From the NCBI GenBank assembly GCA_965215195.1, contig CBDCDC010000002.1, forward strand, positions 3,168,001 through 3,232,000: a stretch of 64,000 bases of DNA, read 5' to 3'. This stretch comes from Candidatus Latescibacterota bacterium (GTDB taxonomy: Bacteria > Latescibacterota > UBA2968 > UBA8231). The notes below the pieces were generated by a model that worked only from the letters and a program-made list of their open reading frames with translations, had not been told where the DNA came from and searched no databases. A program made the position numbers and the translations under genes. This document shows, in pieces, positions 50,759 through 64,000 of this stretch. Numbering within the stretch: the first letter of the stretch is position 1; every line of letters begins with the position of its first letter.

Positions 50759-51369
50759 AAGAACTCGGGCGCGTGCGCAGCCGCGTGCGCCGAGGTGCGT
50801 TCCAGCAGTTGGATATTGCGGCCGAGCGCGTTCTCGCCGACATGCAGGTGGGGGACAGCGTCAATATCGACGGGGTTTGCCAGACCGCGGTGGCCATAGG
50901 AGAGAGCGGCTTTGCGGTCGAGACGGTCGCCGAAACGCTCGCCCGCACGACCTTGGGCACCCTCGGCATCGGGCAAGCGGTCAATCTAGAGCGTCCCCTT
51001 CGCGCCGACCAGCGGCTCGGCGGCCACCTCGTCTTAGGACACGTCGATGGCGTCGCCCGCATTCGCCGGCGCACTGAGCGCGACCGGGAGCATCGCTTTG
51101 AGATCGAGCCGCCGCCCGCGCTCGCCCGCTACATCGCCGCCCAAGGCTCGGTGGCCCTCAACGGCATCAGCCTGACGGTGGCCGAGGTCAGCGGCGATGC
51201 CTTTACGGTTGCGGTCATACCCTATACATTTGACAATACGACGCTTAGCCATCGGCGCACCGGTGATTCCGTCAACCTCGAAGTCGATGTAATCGCCCGT
51301 TATGTCGAGCGTTTGCTCGGCGGGGGACCCCAGCTCGCCTTCGCGGACTTGCGCGACATGGGATACTGA
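50740..51369 (+). CDS. ribE: Riboflavin synthase (alpha chain)
   Basis: TTG start giving MFTGLIEE; GGHLVLGHVDG; VNLEVD. Confidence 0.95.
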   Translation: MFTGLIEELGRVRSRVRRGAFQQLDIAAERVLADMQVGDSVNIDGVCQTAVAIGESGFAVETVAETLARTTLGTLGIGQAVNLERPLRADQRLGGHLVLGHVDGVARIRRRTERDREHRFEIEPPPALARYIAAQGSVALNGISLTVAEVSGDAFTVAVIPYTFDNTTLSHRRTGDSVNLEVDVIARYVERLLGGGPQLAFADLRDMGY

Positions 51370-51372
51370 GCA

Positions 51373-52623
51373 ATGCTCAATTTCAACACCATTGAAGAAG
51401 TCGTCGAGGACCTACAAAGCGGCCGCATGGTCGTGCTCGTCGACGAGTGCGAAGTCGTGGGCGAGGGTGTGCTGGTAATGCTCGCCGAGCGGGCCACGGC
51501 TGCCTCGGTCAACTTCATGACGCGCTGCGCCAGCAGCCCGCCCGTGGTTGCCGCCGCGAGGAAGCACCTCAAAGCCCTCAAACTGCACATGCAGATTCCC
51601 AAGGCCCACGAGCCTATGGACACCTCAATCATGGTCTCGGTCAATGCCCGCGCCATTGAGGGCACCGGCGTTTCGGCTCAGGACCGCGCCGCGACCATCC
51701 GCAAACTAGCCGACCCCAGCAGCGCGCCCGAAGACTTCGTCCAGCCTGGGCACGTCACGCCGCTCCAAGCCCAACCGGGCGGGGTGTTGCGCCGCGCCGG
51801 CCACACCGAAGCCTCGGTCGATCTGGCGCAGATGGCCGATTGCCAGCCCGTGGCCTTGATCGCCGCCATTCTCGACGAAGCGGGTGCGCTGGCCGACGCA
51901 TCCTACCTGCTCAATTTCGTACGCGAACACGGCTTCAAGGCGACCTCCATCCACGACCTGATTGCCCATCGCCGACGCACCGAGAAACTAATTCACCTAG
52001 AAGCTCAGTCGCCCATGCCAACTCGCTACGGCGAATTCACGGCCTATGCGTACCGCAGCTTGGTGGACGACAACCCGTACCTCGCCCTCGTGTACGGCGA
52101 GGTCTCCGACGGCCGCGACACCTTGGTGCGCATGCACTCGGGTTGCCTGACCGGCGACGCGCTCGGTTCGCTGCTGTGCGACTGCGGCGAGCAGCTAGCG
52201 CAATCCATGCAGCTCATTGCCGCAGAGGGACGGGGCGTTATCGTCTATATTCAGCACCACGAAGGGCGCGGCATCGGCATCTTGCACAAGCTCAAGGCTT
52301 ATGAGTTGCAACAGCAGCAGGGCCTCGACACGATTGAGGCCAACCACGCCCTCGGCCACCCCATGGACTCGCGCGACTACGGCATTGGCGCCCAAGTGCT
52401 CTACGACTTGGGGTTGCGCCGAGTGCGCTTTTTGACCAACAATCCCAAGAAGCGGGTTGGCTTGGATGCCTATGGCCTAACCGTCGTTGAGCAAGTGCCC
52501 ATTGAGGCCGCTCCCAACCCGCACAACATCCGCTATCTAACAACCAAGCGCGACAAGATGGGCCACGCCCTCTTGCTCAAGCGCACAGCCGCCGAGGATG
52601 AAAACCATGCCAAAAGTGCATGA
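51373..52623 (+). CDS. ribBA: Bifunctional-type RibBA; GTP cyclohydrolase II intact-looking, DHBP synthase domain degenerate
   Basis: [12 protein letters not shown]; CLTGD..GS..CDC, EGRGIG, TNNPKK. Confidence 0.9.
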   Translation: MLNFNTIEEVVEDLQSGRMVVLVDECEVVGEGVLVMLAERATAASVNFMTRCASSPPVVAAARKHLKALKLHMQIPKAHEPMDTSIMVSVNARAIEGTGVSAQDRAATIRKLADPSSAPEDFVQPGHVTPLQAQPGGVLRRAGHTEASVDLAQMADCQPVALIAAILDEAGALADASYLLNFVREHGFKATSIHDLIAHRRRTEKLIHLEAQSPMPTRYGEFTAYAYRSLVDDNPYLALVYGEVSDGRDTLVRMHSGCLTGDALGSLLCDCGEQLAQSMQLIAAEGRGVIVYIQHHEGRGIGILHKLKAYELQQQQGLDTIEANHALGHPMDSRDYGIGAQVLYDLGLRRVRFLTNNPKKRVGLDAYGLTVVEQVPIEAAPNPHNIRYLTTKRDKMGHALLLKRTAAEDENHAKSA

Positions 52624-53074
52624 AGGACAGCTCGACGCCCGCGGCCGCAAGTTCGGCATTGCGGTCAGTCGCTTCAACGACTTGGTGACCACCCGGCTCC
52701 TCGACGGCGCGTTGGACTGCATCCAGCGACACGGTGGCGACGGTAGCGACATAGAAATTGCTTGGGTCCCCGGTGCCTTTGAACTGCCCATTGCCGCCCA
52801 AAAGCTGGCGAGCACTGGTCGCTTTGACGTCGTCATTTGCTTGGGGGCCATCGTCCGCAGCGATACCCCTCACTTCGATTATGTGGCTGGCGAGTCGGCC
52901 AAGGGCATCGCCCGCGTCGGCCTCGACAGCGGCATCCCGGTGATCTTTGGCGTCATCACCGCCGACACGGTCGAGCAGGCCGTGCAGCGCGCCGGCGTCA
53001 AGGCCGGCAATCGCGGCTGGGACGCCGCCCTCAACGCGGTTGAAATGGCCAGTTTGATGGCTGAGTTGGGATGA
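52607..53074 (+). CDS. ribH: 6,7-dimethyl-8-ribityllumazine synthase
   Basis: [25 protein letters not shown]. Confidence 0.97.
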   Translation: MPKVHEGQLDARGRKFGIAVSRFNDLVTTRLLDGALDCIQRHGGDGSDIEIAWVPGAFELPIAAQKLASTGRFDVVICLGAIVRSDTPHFDYVAGESAKGIARVGLDSGIPVIFGVITADTVEQAVQRAGVKAGNRGWDAALNAVEMASLMAELG

Positions 53075-53538
53075 GCGGCGAAGGCGATTTTTTTGGCGAT
53101 GGGACCTCGGCCGACGAGGCACCGCCCAACAACCGCCACGGCGCCCGCCAAGTGGCCTTGCAGGCCCTGTACTGGGGGCAGAGCGCGGCGATCGACTCAC
53201 TCGGCGCACTGGATCAGCTCTGTGTGCGCTTTGGCCTCGCGCAAGAGGTGCAATCCTTTGCGGCCGAACTCTTGCATTGCGCAGGCGAGCACGCGGCCGA
53301 GCTGGATGCGCTGGCAGCGGCCCGGGTCCAGCACTGGCGCTGGGAGCGCATCGCCCGCATCGATCGCTTGATCCTGCGCTTGGCTTTAGCCGAAATGCTC
53401 TTTATGGAGGAAATTCCAGTCCGGGTCTCTATCTTTGAAGCGGTCGAACTGGCCAAGTCCTACAGCACCGACAAATCCTATGCCTTCGTCAATGGCGTCC
53501 TCGACGGCATCGTGCGCCAGAAGGGGCTCAGCGTCTAA
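53071..53538 (+). CDS. nusB: Transcription antitermination factor NusB
   Basis: [31 protein letters not shown]. Confidence 0.93.
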   Translation: MSGEGDFFGDGTSADEAPPNNRHGARQVALQALYWGQSAAIDSLGALDQLCVRFGLAQEVQSFAAELLHCAGEHAAELDALAAARVQHWRWERIARIDRLILRLALAEMLFMEEIPVRVSIFEAVELAKSYSTDKSYAFVNGVLDGIVRQKGLSV

Positions 53539-53641
53539 GCTGAACATGCGTAGAGGTCCTGGTGCCAGTCCGTACGCATGCTTACCAACCATATCGCATA
53601 TCGCAGCCGATCTACCATGGTACTAGTTAAGAGGATTTAGT

Positions 53642-56902
<3,261 letters not shown>

Positions 56903-56920
56903 GAGCGTCAGGGGAGTGCC

Positions 56921-58387
56921 ATGACCTTCTGGGAAGTACTATGTCTGGTGGTGTACAGCATCATTATCGCCGTTTTAGGCGTTTATGGCTTCCATCGCTA
57001 CCAGCTACTGCACCTGTTTTATCGGCATCACCCAACCCCGGTTCCCGAACCCGACCGCTTTTCCAAGCTGCCCTCCGTCACGATCCAGCTACCGCTCTAC
57101 AACGAATATCACGTGGTTGAGCGCCTGCTAGAAGCCGTGGGTCAGATCGACTATCCCCGCGACCGCCTGCAAATCCAAATCCTCGACGATTCGCAGGACG
57201 AAACCCGCGACAAGGCGCGGGAAGGGGCTGCGCGGCTAGCGGCCCAAGCGCTAGATGTCGAGTACATGAGCCGAACCCAGCGCCACGGCTTTAAGGCCGG
57301 TGCTCTGGCCGCCGGGCTAGCGTGCGCCCGGGGCGAATTCGTGTTGGTCCTCGACGCGGATTTCGTGCCCCCTCCCGACATCCTCCAGCGGGCTATTCAC
57401 TACTTCACCGACGATTCCATCGGCATGGTGCAGATGCGTTGGGGGCACCTCAACCGCTCCTACTCGCTCCTGACGCGCATCCAGTCGATCTTTCTCGACG
57501 GCCACTTCGTGGTTGAGCACACGGCCCGCAATCGCTCGGGCCGCTTCTTCAACTTCAATGGCACCGCTGGAATCTGGCGCAAAAAGGCCATCTACGACGC
57601 CGGCGGCTGGCAGCACGATACGCTCACCGAAGACCTCGACTTGAGCTACCGCGCTCAGCTAGCGGGCTGGCAGTTTCTCTATCTGCCCGAAGTTGAAGTG
57701 CCCGGCGAGATCCCCGTCGAGATCAATGCCTTCAAGTCGCAACAGCACCGCTGGACCAAGGGCGCGGTCCAGACAGCGAAGAAAGTGCTGCCGCGTATCT
57801 GGCGCTCGGCGCTCCCAGCCAAGGTCAAGGTTGAGGCCACCTTCCATCTGACGGCCAACCTCTGCTACATTATGATGCTCTTGATGGCCCTGTTGACCCT
57901 GCCGGTGCTCTCCATTCGCGTACAACTCGGCTGGGAGCGGTTCTTTATCATTGACCTGCCGCTGTTTTCTTTTGCCACCATGGCCATTTCCGGCTTCTAC
58001 ATTACCTCCCAGCGAGTACTCTATGCGGATTGGCGGCGGCAGATCAAGTATTTGCCCGTGCTGATGGCCATTGGCATGAGCCTCTGCATCAACAACACCC
58101 GAGCGGTGCTCGAAGGTCTCGTCGGGTACCAAACCGACTTCCACCGGACCCCCAAATACGGGCCTACTGGACCCCGAGGCCAAAGCCAGCGGCACAAGTA
58201 CCTAAGCCGCTGGCCTTTGCTGTCTTTGGGCGAACTGGGCATGGCGCTCTACTTCGTCGTCGCTCTCTACCACGCCTATGCCACCGGCCTCTACTTGGGG
58301 ATGCCCTTCCTGCTGCTCTTCCACGCCGGCTTCCTCTACACTGGCTTGCTCTCCAGCGGCCAGCGCTGGTTGCACCGGGTGCCCTAA
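56921..58387 (+). CDS. Glycosyltransferase family 2 (cellulose-synthase-like)
   Basis: QLPLYNE, DDS, KAGAL, DAD, TEDLD, QQHRW. Confidence 0.92.
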   Translation: MTFWEVLCLVVYSIIIAVLGVYGFHRYQLLHLFYRHHPTPVPEPDRFSKLPSVTIQLPLYNEYHVVERLLEAVGQIDYPRDRLQIQILDDSQDETRDKAREGAARLAAQALDVEYMSRTQRHGFKAGALAAGLACARGEFVLVLDADFVPPPDILQRAIHYFTDDSIGMVQMRWGHLNRSYSLLTRIQSIFLDGHFVVEHTARNRSGRFFNFNGTAGIWRKKAIYDAGGWQHDTLTEDLDLSYRAQLAGWQFLYLPEVEVPGEIPVEINAFKSQQHRWTKGAVQTAKKVLPRIWRSALPAKVKVEATFHLTANLCYIMMLLMALLTLPVLSIRVQLGWERFFIIDLPLFSFATMAISGFYITSQRVLYADWRRQIKYLPVLMAIGMSLCINNTRAVLEGLVGYQTDFHRTPKYGPTGPRGQSQRHKYLSRWPLLSLGELGMALYFVVALYHAYATGLYLGMPFLLLFHAGFLYTGLLSSGQRWLHRVP

Positions 58388-58392
58388 AGCAC

Positions 58393-58424
58393 AAAAGCCC
58401 CCGACCGCATGGGGCCGGGGGCTT
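58393..58424. terminator. Intrinsic terminator between convergent genes
   Basis: Stem AAGCCCCCG/CGGGGGCTT with a T tract on the minus strand. Confidence 0.65.
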
Positions 58425-58447
58425 GGCTCGCCTGAATACCGCTTGGA

Positions 58448-58921
58448 TTACTGGGGCCACTCCAGCGGAAAATCCGGCAATTTATGGCGGGTCCACAAGA
58501 CGCTCATGCCATTGTGGTGCCGCTTGGTGAATTTCTCAATGTGACGCACGCCGATGTCCACGTTGCTCTTCTCGCGCCGCATTTCGCGCCCCTTGTCTCC
58601 GGACAACTCAATGGCCTGCGCAACCTTGTCGACATAGAGGTTGTGGGTCACGCGCAGTTCGCGGTATGTGATATCTCGGGGAAAGGTCTGCAGTTTCGCC
58701 ACGTACTCGTTGATGAGCCGACGCGCCTTGGCCAGATCCGCTTCGGAGATCTCGCTGAGCGGCTTTCTCAGATGCTCAATAATCTCGACAATCTGTCGGT
58801 TTTTGTCGTCCAGCTCCTTCAACTTCGCCACATACTCGATGAGTATTTGCTTGTCTTCCTCCTCGGTCCCACACCCGACCAAGCCAAGCGCCAACACCAA
58901 CACAACCAGTTTCCTCGACAT
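58448..58921 (-). CDS. Hypothetical helical lipoprotein
   Basis: GGAGG RBS, lipobox LVGC. Confidence 0.75.
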   Translation of the reverse strand: MSRKLVVLVLALGLVGCGTEEEDKQILIEYVAKLKELDDKNRQIVEIIEHLRKPLSEISEADLAKARRLINEYVAKLQTFPRDITYRELRVTHNLYVDKVAQAIELSGDKGREMRREKSNVDIGVRHIEKFTKRHHNGMSVLWTRHKLPDFPLEWPQ

Positions 58922-58965
58922 ATAGACCTCCCTGTAGGGGTGAGATTGCCTGTTTCGTCGGCTTC

Positions 58966-59045
58966 AAAATACGCCGCAGAGAGGCGAAAATCAAGCACTC
59001 TCTGCGCTGGACCCTATTGACGAGGTTTATGCGCCCTCATAATAT
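58966..59045. promoter_or_regulatory. Divergent sigma-70-like promoters
   Basis: Minus strand TTGATT-N17-TATTTT (58994-58966); plus strand TTGACG-N17-TAATAT (59017-59045). Confidence 0.5.
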
Positions 59046-59090
59046 CAATTTTTGCATCCCACACTCTTGCTCATAGAGGACATCCATCCC

Positions 59091-60059
59091 ATGATAACTC
59101 GCGAACAGATTCAATCCCAACTCGACAATTGCCTGCTGGAGGCCAAATTCCCCCAGTGGGAGTCGCGCTATAAGCGCGGCAAGGTGCGCGATATGTATTT
59201 GCTCAAAAACCATCGCGTGCTGATCACTACGGACCGCCAAAGCGCGTTCGACCACGTGCTCGGCACCATTCCCCTCAAGGGCCAAGTGCTCAACCGCATT
59301 GCCCAGTACTGGTTTGAGCAGACCCAAGACATCGCCCCCAATCAAGTCATTTCAGTGCCCGACGCCAACGTCACCGTCGCCCGCGAGCTGGACATCCTGC
59401 CCGTCGAGGTGGTGGTGCGCAAGTACCTGACGGGCAGTTCGGACACTGCCATCTGGACCCATTACAACAGCGGTGTGCGCCACTATTGCGGCCACACCTT
59501 GCCCGACGGCATGGTCAAAAACCAGCCCTTCGACGCGGCGATCATCACGCCGACGACCAAGGACGAAGTCCACGACGAGCTGATTTCGCGCGACGAGATC
59601 ATCGCCCAAGGCCTAGTGCCAGAAGCCACTTGGACCCAAGTCGAGGAGATCGCCTTCGCGCTCTTTGCTCGCGGCGAGGCACTAGCGGCCAAGCAAGGGT
59701 TAATCCTCGTCGATACCAAATACGAGATGGGGCTAGACGCCGACGGGCGCATCACGCTCGCCGACGAGATCCACACGCCCGACTCGTCGCGCTTCTGGAT
59801 CAGAGACACCTACGCGGAACGCCACGCCCGCGGCGCAGAGCCCGAAAGCCTCGACAAGGAATTTTTGCGCCTTTGGCTCCGCGACAAGGGCATTTCCGAC
59901 GACAATATCCCGGCGCTCAACGACGAGATTCGCATCCAAGTTGCCGAGCGCTATATCGACCTTTTCCAACGAGTTACAGGCACTGACTTCGCAGCCGAAC
60001 TCGGCGCAACGCCGGTCTTGCAGCGCATTGAGGAGCGGATTTCCGAGTACCTCAACTGA
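59091..60059 (+). CDS. purC: Phosphoribosylaminoimidazole-succinocarboxamide synthase
   Basis: GKVRD, TDRQSAFD, LVDTKYEMG, DEIHTPDSSRFW, DKEFLR. Confidence 0.96.
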   Translation: MITREQIQSQLDNCLLEAKFPQWESRYKRGKVRDMYLLKNHRVLITTDRQSAFDHVLGTIPLKGQVLNRIAQYWFEQTQDIAPNQVISVPDANVTVARELDILPVEVVVRKYLTGSSDTAIWTHYNSGVRHYCGHTLPDGMVKNQPFDAAIITPTTKDEVHDELISRDEIIAQGLVPEATWTQVEEIAFALFARGEALAAKQGLILVDTKYEMGLDADGRITLADEIHTPDSSRFWIRDTYAERHARGAEPESLDKEFLRLWLRDKGISDDNIPALNDEIRIQVAERYIDLFQRVTGTDFAAELGATPVLQRIEERISEYLN

Positions 60060-60121
60060 GGTGCGGCGTTTGCGCTGGTGGTCTTCTGCTCGTCCGGGAA
60101 TGAAGCAGCGATTAGAAAATC

Positions 60122-60307
60122 ATGGTCAAAAACTTGCTCCGCGCCTTTTTGGTCTTCCGCTTGGAGTTCCACCAGCCCACCCTCAATTTTGAGGCCATGT
60201 TGAGCTATTGGCGGCGTGCTCCCATCGTCCAGTACGTGGTTGAAAACGACGGCGAGCAGCGCAGCAGTGCGATTAAGCGCCGGCTCGACGAGGTCTATCC
60301 CTTCTAA
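60122..60307 (+). CDS. Possible small protein or gene remnant
   Basis: 61-codon ORF coupled by TAATG to the next gene. Confidence 0.35.
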   Translation: MVKNLLRAFLVFRLEFHQPTLNFEAMLSYWRRAPIVQYVVENDGEQRSSAIKRRLDEVYPF

Positions 60308-60585
60308 TGCTGCATCGCCAGCTCAGAAATGCCTTAGAGGAAATTTTCGGCGCATCCTTTGTCGCTGAGGCACTCGCCAACGCACCCATTGCCCACGTTG
60401 TCCTCTACGAGCGGCGCGAGGATTTCAAAAGGGCCGTCCTCGGCTTTCAGCGGATCAATTTTCGCGACGAACACACCGCGTATGCCGCAGCCATGGAGCG
60501 CGAGTTGGGCATCGCCCTGATCTGCGCCCTCCTCGACAACGACACGCGCGAGCTGGTTTCCGAACTCGGTCTTAACTACCTATGA
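60307..60585 (+). CDS. Hypothetical protein
   Basis: 92 aa, host-like codon usage, ATGA overlap with rhaB. Confidence 0.7.
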   Translation: MLHRQLRNALEEIFGASFVAEALANAPIAHVVLYERREDFKRAVLGFQRINFRDEHTAYAAAMERELGIALICALLDNDTRELVSELGLNYL

Positions 60586-62051
60586 GCAAGCTGCTCGCCT
60601 TTGACCTAGGGGCCGAGAGTGGCCGCGCCATCGTCGGGCACTTCGACGGCGAGCGCCTAGCGCTAGAAGAGCTGCACCGCTTTGCAAACGGCCCGGTTCA
60701 AGTTTTCGACCGTCTCTATTGGGACCCTTTGCGTCTCTTCGCCGAAATGAAACAGGGCCTCGGCCTCTTTGCTCGCGCACACGGCAAGGCACTCAATGCC
60801 ATTGGCGTCGATACCTGGGGAGTCGATTTCGCCCTCTTAGGGCCTATGGACGCGCTCTTGGACAATCCGCGCAACTATCGCGACCCGCGCACCGACGGCA
60901 TGTTAGAGGAAGCCTTTGCACGGGTGCCGCGCGAGGAAATTTTCGCACGCACCGGGGTGCAGTTTTTGAAGCTCAACACCTTGTATCAACTGCTTGCGCT
61001 GCGCGACTCGCCCTTGCTGGAATGGGCGCAGACTTTTCTGATGATGGCCGACCTTTTCAATTTTTATTTGACGGGCACCAAGACCTGCGAATTTTCCAAC
61101 GCCACTACCACCCAGTTCTACGACCCGCGCCAAGGCACTTGGTCGGTCGAGCTCCTAGAAGGACTGGGGCTGCCGACCCATTTTCTGCCCCAGATCGTCC
61201 AGCCCGGCACCTGCATAGGATCGCTCCTGCCTTCTATTGCTGCTGAAGTAGGGCTTGACTCGGTCCCGGTCATCGCTCCAGCTACCCACGATACGGGCGC
61301 GGCCGTGGCCGCGGTGCCCGCCGAAGTCCGCGACTACGCCTATATCAGCTCGGGAACTTGGTCGCTGATGGGCGTCGAGCTCGACCAACCGCTCATCAGC
61401 GATCAGGCATTCCAGTACAATTTCACCAACGAAGGCGGCGTCGGCCCCACTTACCGCTTCCTAAAGAATATCATGGGGCTGTGGCTGCTACAGGAGTGCC
61501 GGCGCGCTTGGCAGCGCGAGGGACGCGCCTTTTCCTACGGCGAGCTGACGGCCATGGCCCAAAGCACTGCTCCCTTTACCGCTTTCGTCGAGCCGGACGC
61601 CGAGTGCTTTCTCGCGCCGGGCGATATGCCCGCCAGAATCCGCGCCTACTGCCAAGAGACGGGCCAAGCCATTCCCGCCGACGAAGGGCAAGTCGTGCGC
61701 GTGGCCCTCGAAAGCCTAGCGTTTAAGTACCGCTACGTGCTCAACGCGCTAGAAACCATTCTCGGTCGCCGCCTCGAATGCATCCACATAGTCGGCGGCG
61801 GGATCCAAAACCGCCTGCTCTGCCAGTTTACCGCCTCGGCCACCGGTCGTCCGGTCGTGGCTGGGCCGCTCGAAGCTACGGCCATCGGCAATTTAATGCT
61901 CCAGCTCATCGGCCTGGGCCAGATGTCCTCGCTGGCCGAAATCCGCCAAGTTGTGCGCCACTCCTTTGCGCCCGTTGTGTACGAGCCGGAACAAGCCGCC
62001 GCTTGGGACGCGGCCTACGACCGCTTCCTCCCGCTGCTCTCCCCGGCCTAA
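60582..62051 (+). CDS. rhaB: Rhamnulokinase-family sugar kinase
   Basis: FDLGAESGR, GVDTWGVDF, HDTG, SSGTWSLMG, FLKNIMGLWLLQE. Confidence 0.9.
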   Translation: MSKLLAFDLGAESGRAIVGHFDGERLALEELHRFANGPVQVFDRLYWDPLRLFAEMKQGLGLFARAHGKALNAIGVDTWGVDFALLGPMDALLDNPRNYRDPRTDGMLEEAFARVPREEIFARTGVQFLKLNTLYQLLALRDSPLLEWAQTFLMMADLFNFYLTGTKTCEFSNATTTQFYDPRQGTWSVELLEGLGLPTHFLPQIVQPGTCIGSLLPSIAAEVGLDSVPVIAPATHDTGAAVAAVPAEVRDYAYISSGTWSLMGVELDQPLISDQAFQYNFTNEGGVGPTYRFLKNIMGLWLLQECRRAWQREGRAFSYGELTAMAQSTAPFTAFVEPDAECFLAPGDMPARIRAYCQETGQAIPADEGQVVRVALESLAFKYRYVLNALETILGRRLECIHIVGGGIQNRLLCQFTASATGRPVVAGPLEATAIGNLMLQLIGLGQMSSLAEIRQVVRHSFAPVVYEPEQAAAWDAAYDRFLPLLSPA

Positions 62052-62178
62052 TCCCGGGCTGGAACCGCGCTCTTCCTCCGCCGTTCTACATTAAACGCAC
62101 CGTTCAGGCGTTGGTGCTCCTTGTGGGTCTAGGGAATAACGATCGTTATTCCCTAGTTTTCGATTGTTTTGGCTAGCT

Positions 62179-63027
62179 ATGGGAAAAAGCAGCCCCGATT
62201 CGCTAGGTATGGCCGAGTCCTACTGGCGCGACATTCAGCACTTTCAGCCGCTGAGCCGCCAACGAGAGATCGAGCTGGTGACCAGAGCGCGCGCCGGCGA
62301 CGAGCGCGCCATGCACCAGATGGTCGAAGCCAACTTGCGCTTTGTCGTCCGCATCGCGCGGGGATATCACGGGCGCGGGCTTTCCTTTATGGAGCTGATT
62401 TCCGAGGGCAACCTCGGGCTACTCGAAGCCGTCCAGCGCTTCGACGAGACGCGCGGCTTTAAGTTCATCACCTATGCCGTGTGGTGGATTCGCCAAGCCA
62501 TCCTCCGCGCCTTAGCCGAACACAGCAAAATTGCCCGCCCGCCCCTGAGCCGGGTCAATGATCTGCAAAAGGTCGAGCGGTGGACGGGTATCCTCGCCCA
62601 AAAACTGGGGCGCGATCCCACCCCCGAGGAAATCGCCACCAGCGCCGAATTGTCGCTGGAGAGGACGCACAATGCCCTTTACATGGCCCAGCCCGATGTC
62701 TCTATGGACGTGCCGACTGTGCCCGATGAAAGGGAGCCGCTGATGGCCACCTTTGCGGCTTGCACCCCCGATCCGGCCGATTGCTATGAGTGCGCCGAGA
62801 TCGCCCACACCCTGCGCACTTGCCTCAACCTGCTCGACCAGCGCGAGCGCTTAGTCGTCCGCTCCTATTTCGGCCTCGACGATCAACAGCCCCAGACTCT
62901 GGAGCAAATCGGCGTGCAATTGGGCCTCACGCGCGAGCGAGTGCGCCAGCTCAGGGACGAAGCCCTCGATAAAATGCGAATTCACGCTGGCGATCTACTG
63001 CTCGAACTTTTCAACAATCCGCTGTAG
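62179..63027 (+). CDS. Sigma-70 family RpoD/RpoS-like factor lacking region 1.1
   Basis: ANLRFVV, EGNLGL, RGFKFITYAVWWIRQAI, TLEQIG..LTRERVRQ. Confidence 0.92.
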   Translation: MGKSSPDSLGMAESYWRDIQHFQPLSRQREIELVTRARAGDERAMHQMVEANLRFVVRIARGYHGRGLSFMELISEGNLGLLEAVQRFDETRGFKFITYAVWWIRQAILRALAEHSKIARPPLSRVNDLQKVERWTGILAQKLGRDPTPEEIATSAELSLERTHNALYMAQPDVSMDVPTVPDEREPLMATFAACTPDPADCYECAEIAHTLRTCLNLLDQRERLVVRSYFGLDDQQPQTLEQIGVQLGLTRERVRQLRDEALDKMRIHAGDLLLELFNNPL

Positions 63028-63147
63028 TGCTTGCTGCACGAGGCGAAGCGCGATGGGACAAAGGGCTTGATTGGGCGCGGCAAAAGGCTTTCTTTCATAT
63101 TATTTACAGGACTTTGCGACAGTTCTCACCGGATAAAGAGACCCTTT

Positions 63148-63975
63148 ATGCCTTACAACTTAGCCGATCTCCACACGCATTCCCTGTGCTCTGACGGGCT
63201 GCGGACGCCGACCCAAGCGGTCGAAGAGGCCTGCGAAGCGGGCTTGCAAGCGATGAGTTTGACCGATCACGACACGGTCAAGGGCGTCCCCGAGGCCACG
63301 GAGGCCGGCGAGCGCATGCGTATGGAAGTGGTGCCTGGCACCGAGTTGAGTGCCCACATCCGGGAGCGCGAAGTACACATCCTCGCCTACTGCATCGACT
63401 ACCAAGACGACCAACTCGGCACGACCCTCGCACAGTCTTTTCAAGCCCGCTACCAGCGGGGGGTTGCGATCATCAAAGCGCTCAACAGCATGGGGCTGAC
63501 CGTCAGCCTCGACGACGTGCTATCCCAAGCCAACGGCAGCCCCCTCGGGCGGCCGCACATTGCTGCGGCCATGGTGCAAAACGGCCTAGTGGCCAATAGG
63601 GACGAAGCCTTCAGCCGCTACATCGGCGACCACGGGCCCGCCTTTAAGCCCAAGCCCTACACTGCGGCCAAAGACCTCATCGCCCTCATCCATCGCACCG
63701 GGGGCGTGGCCGTGCTCGCCCACCCCAGCATCAGTCTCCCCGAATCCATTATCGAGCAGTTAGTCGCCTACGGGCTCGACGGCATTGAGGTCTTCCACCC
63801 GGCCCACCAGCCAGCGCAAATGGACTTTTACGACCAGCTCGCCGACCGCTATGGCCTGATCAAGTCGGGGGGATCCGACAGCCACGGCGACAGCCACGGC
63901 ACCCGCATCGGCGACTACGGAGTCGGCTACGAAGTAATTGAGGCCATGCGCGAGCGGGCCGCTACCTATGCTTGA
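63148..63975 (+). CDS. PHP-domain phosphoesterase (TrpH/YciV-like)
   Basis: DLHTHSLCSDG, LTDHD, GRPHIA, LAHP, GGSDSHG. Confidence 0.92.
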   Translation: MPYNLADLHTHSLCSDGLRTPTQAVEEACEAGLQAMSLTDHDTVKGVPEATEAGERMRMEVVPGTELSAHIREREVHILAYCIDYQDDQLGTTLAQSFQARYQRGVAIIKALNSMGLTVSLDDVLSQANGSPLGRPHIAAAMVQNGLVANRDEAFSRYIGDHGPAFKPKPYTAAKDLIALIHRTGGVAVLAHPSISLPESIIEQLVAYGLDGIEVFHPAHQPAQMDFYDQLADRYGLIKSGGSDSHGDSHGTRIGDYGVGYEVIEAMRERAATYA

Positions 63976-64000
63976 GTGGTCCAATTACTGGCCGCAGTAA

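Overview
GC-rich bacterial window. The gene content (FCB-type long SecA, many Gfo/Idh/MocA and SDR oxidoreductases, CRTAC1/ASPIC, YWTD remnants, an AAA-ATPase/nuclease) suggests a Latescibacterota/Poribacteria-like, possibly sponge-associated organism; this is inference only. Housekeeping blocks: an lpoB/COG3014 envelope operon (5.8-9.3 kb), fhs, S55 peptidase-ribD-ribE-ribBA-ribH-nusB-secA, a GT2, purC, rhaB, a sigma-70 factor and a PHP protein. Accessory material lies between them: (i) a 5.8-kb co-directional run of cassette-type genes separated by eroded attC-like sites; (ii) two near-identical 124-bp MITEs with TIRs and target duplications, each carrying a REP-like double hairpin; (iii) an IS5-family element inserted in a PD-(D/E)xK domain fragment; (iv) six toxin-antitoxin loci and one restriction-modification locus, none with an intact toxin or nuclease. 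Several remnants are broken by clustered short deletions. Unusual proteins: a voltage-gated-type channel with a glycine-rich phage-structural-like repeat in its S1-S2 loop and a non-canonical filter, a ClC lacking the gating glutamate, and a RibBA with a degenerate DHBP-synthase half. No tRNA, rRNA or CRISPR array was recognised. All family calls come from motif recognition by eye, not from database searches.
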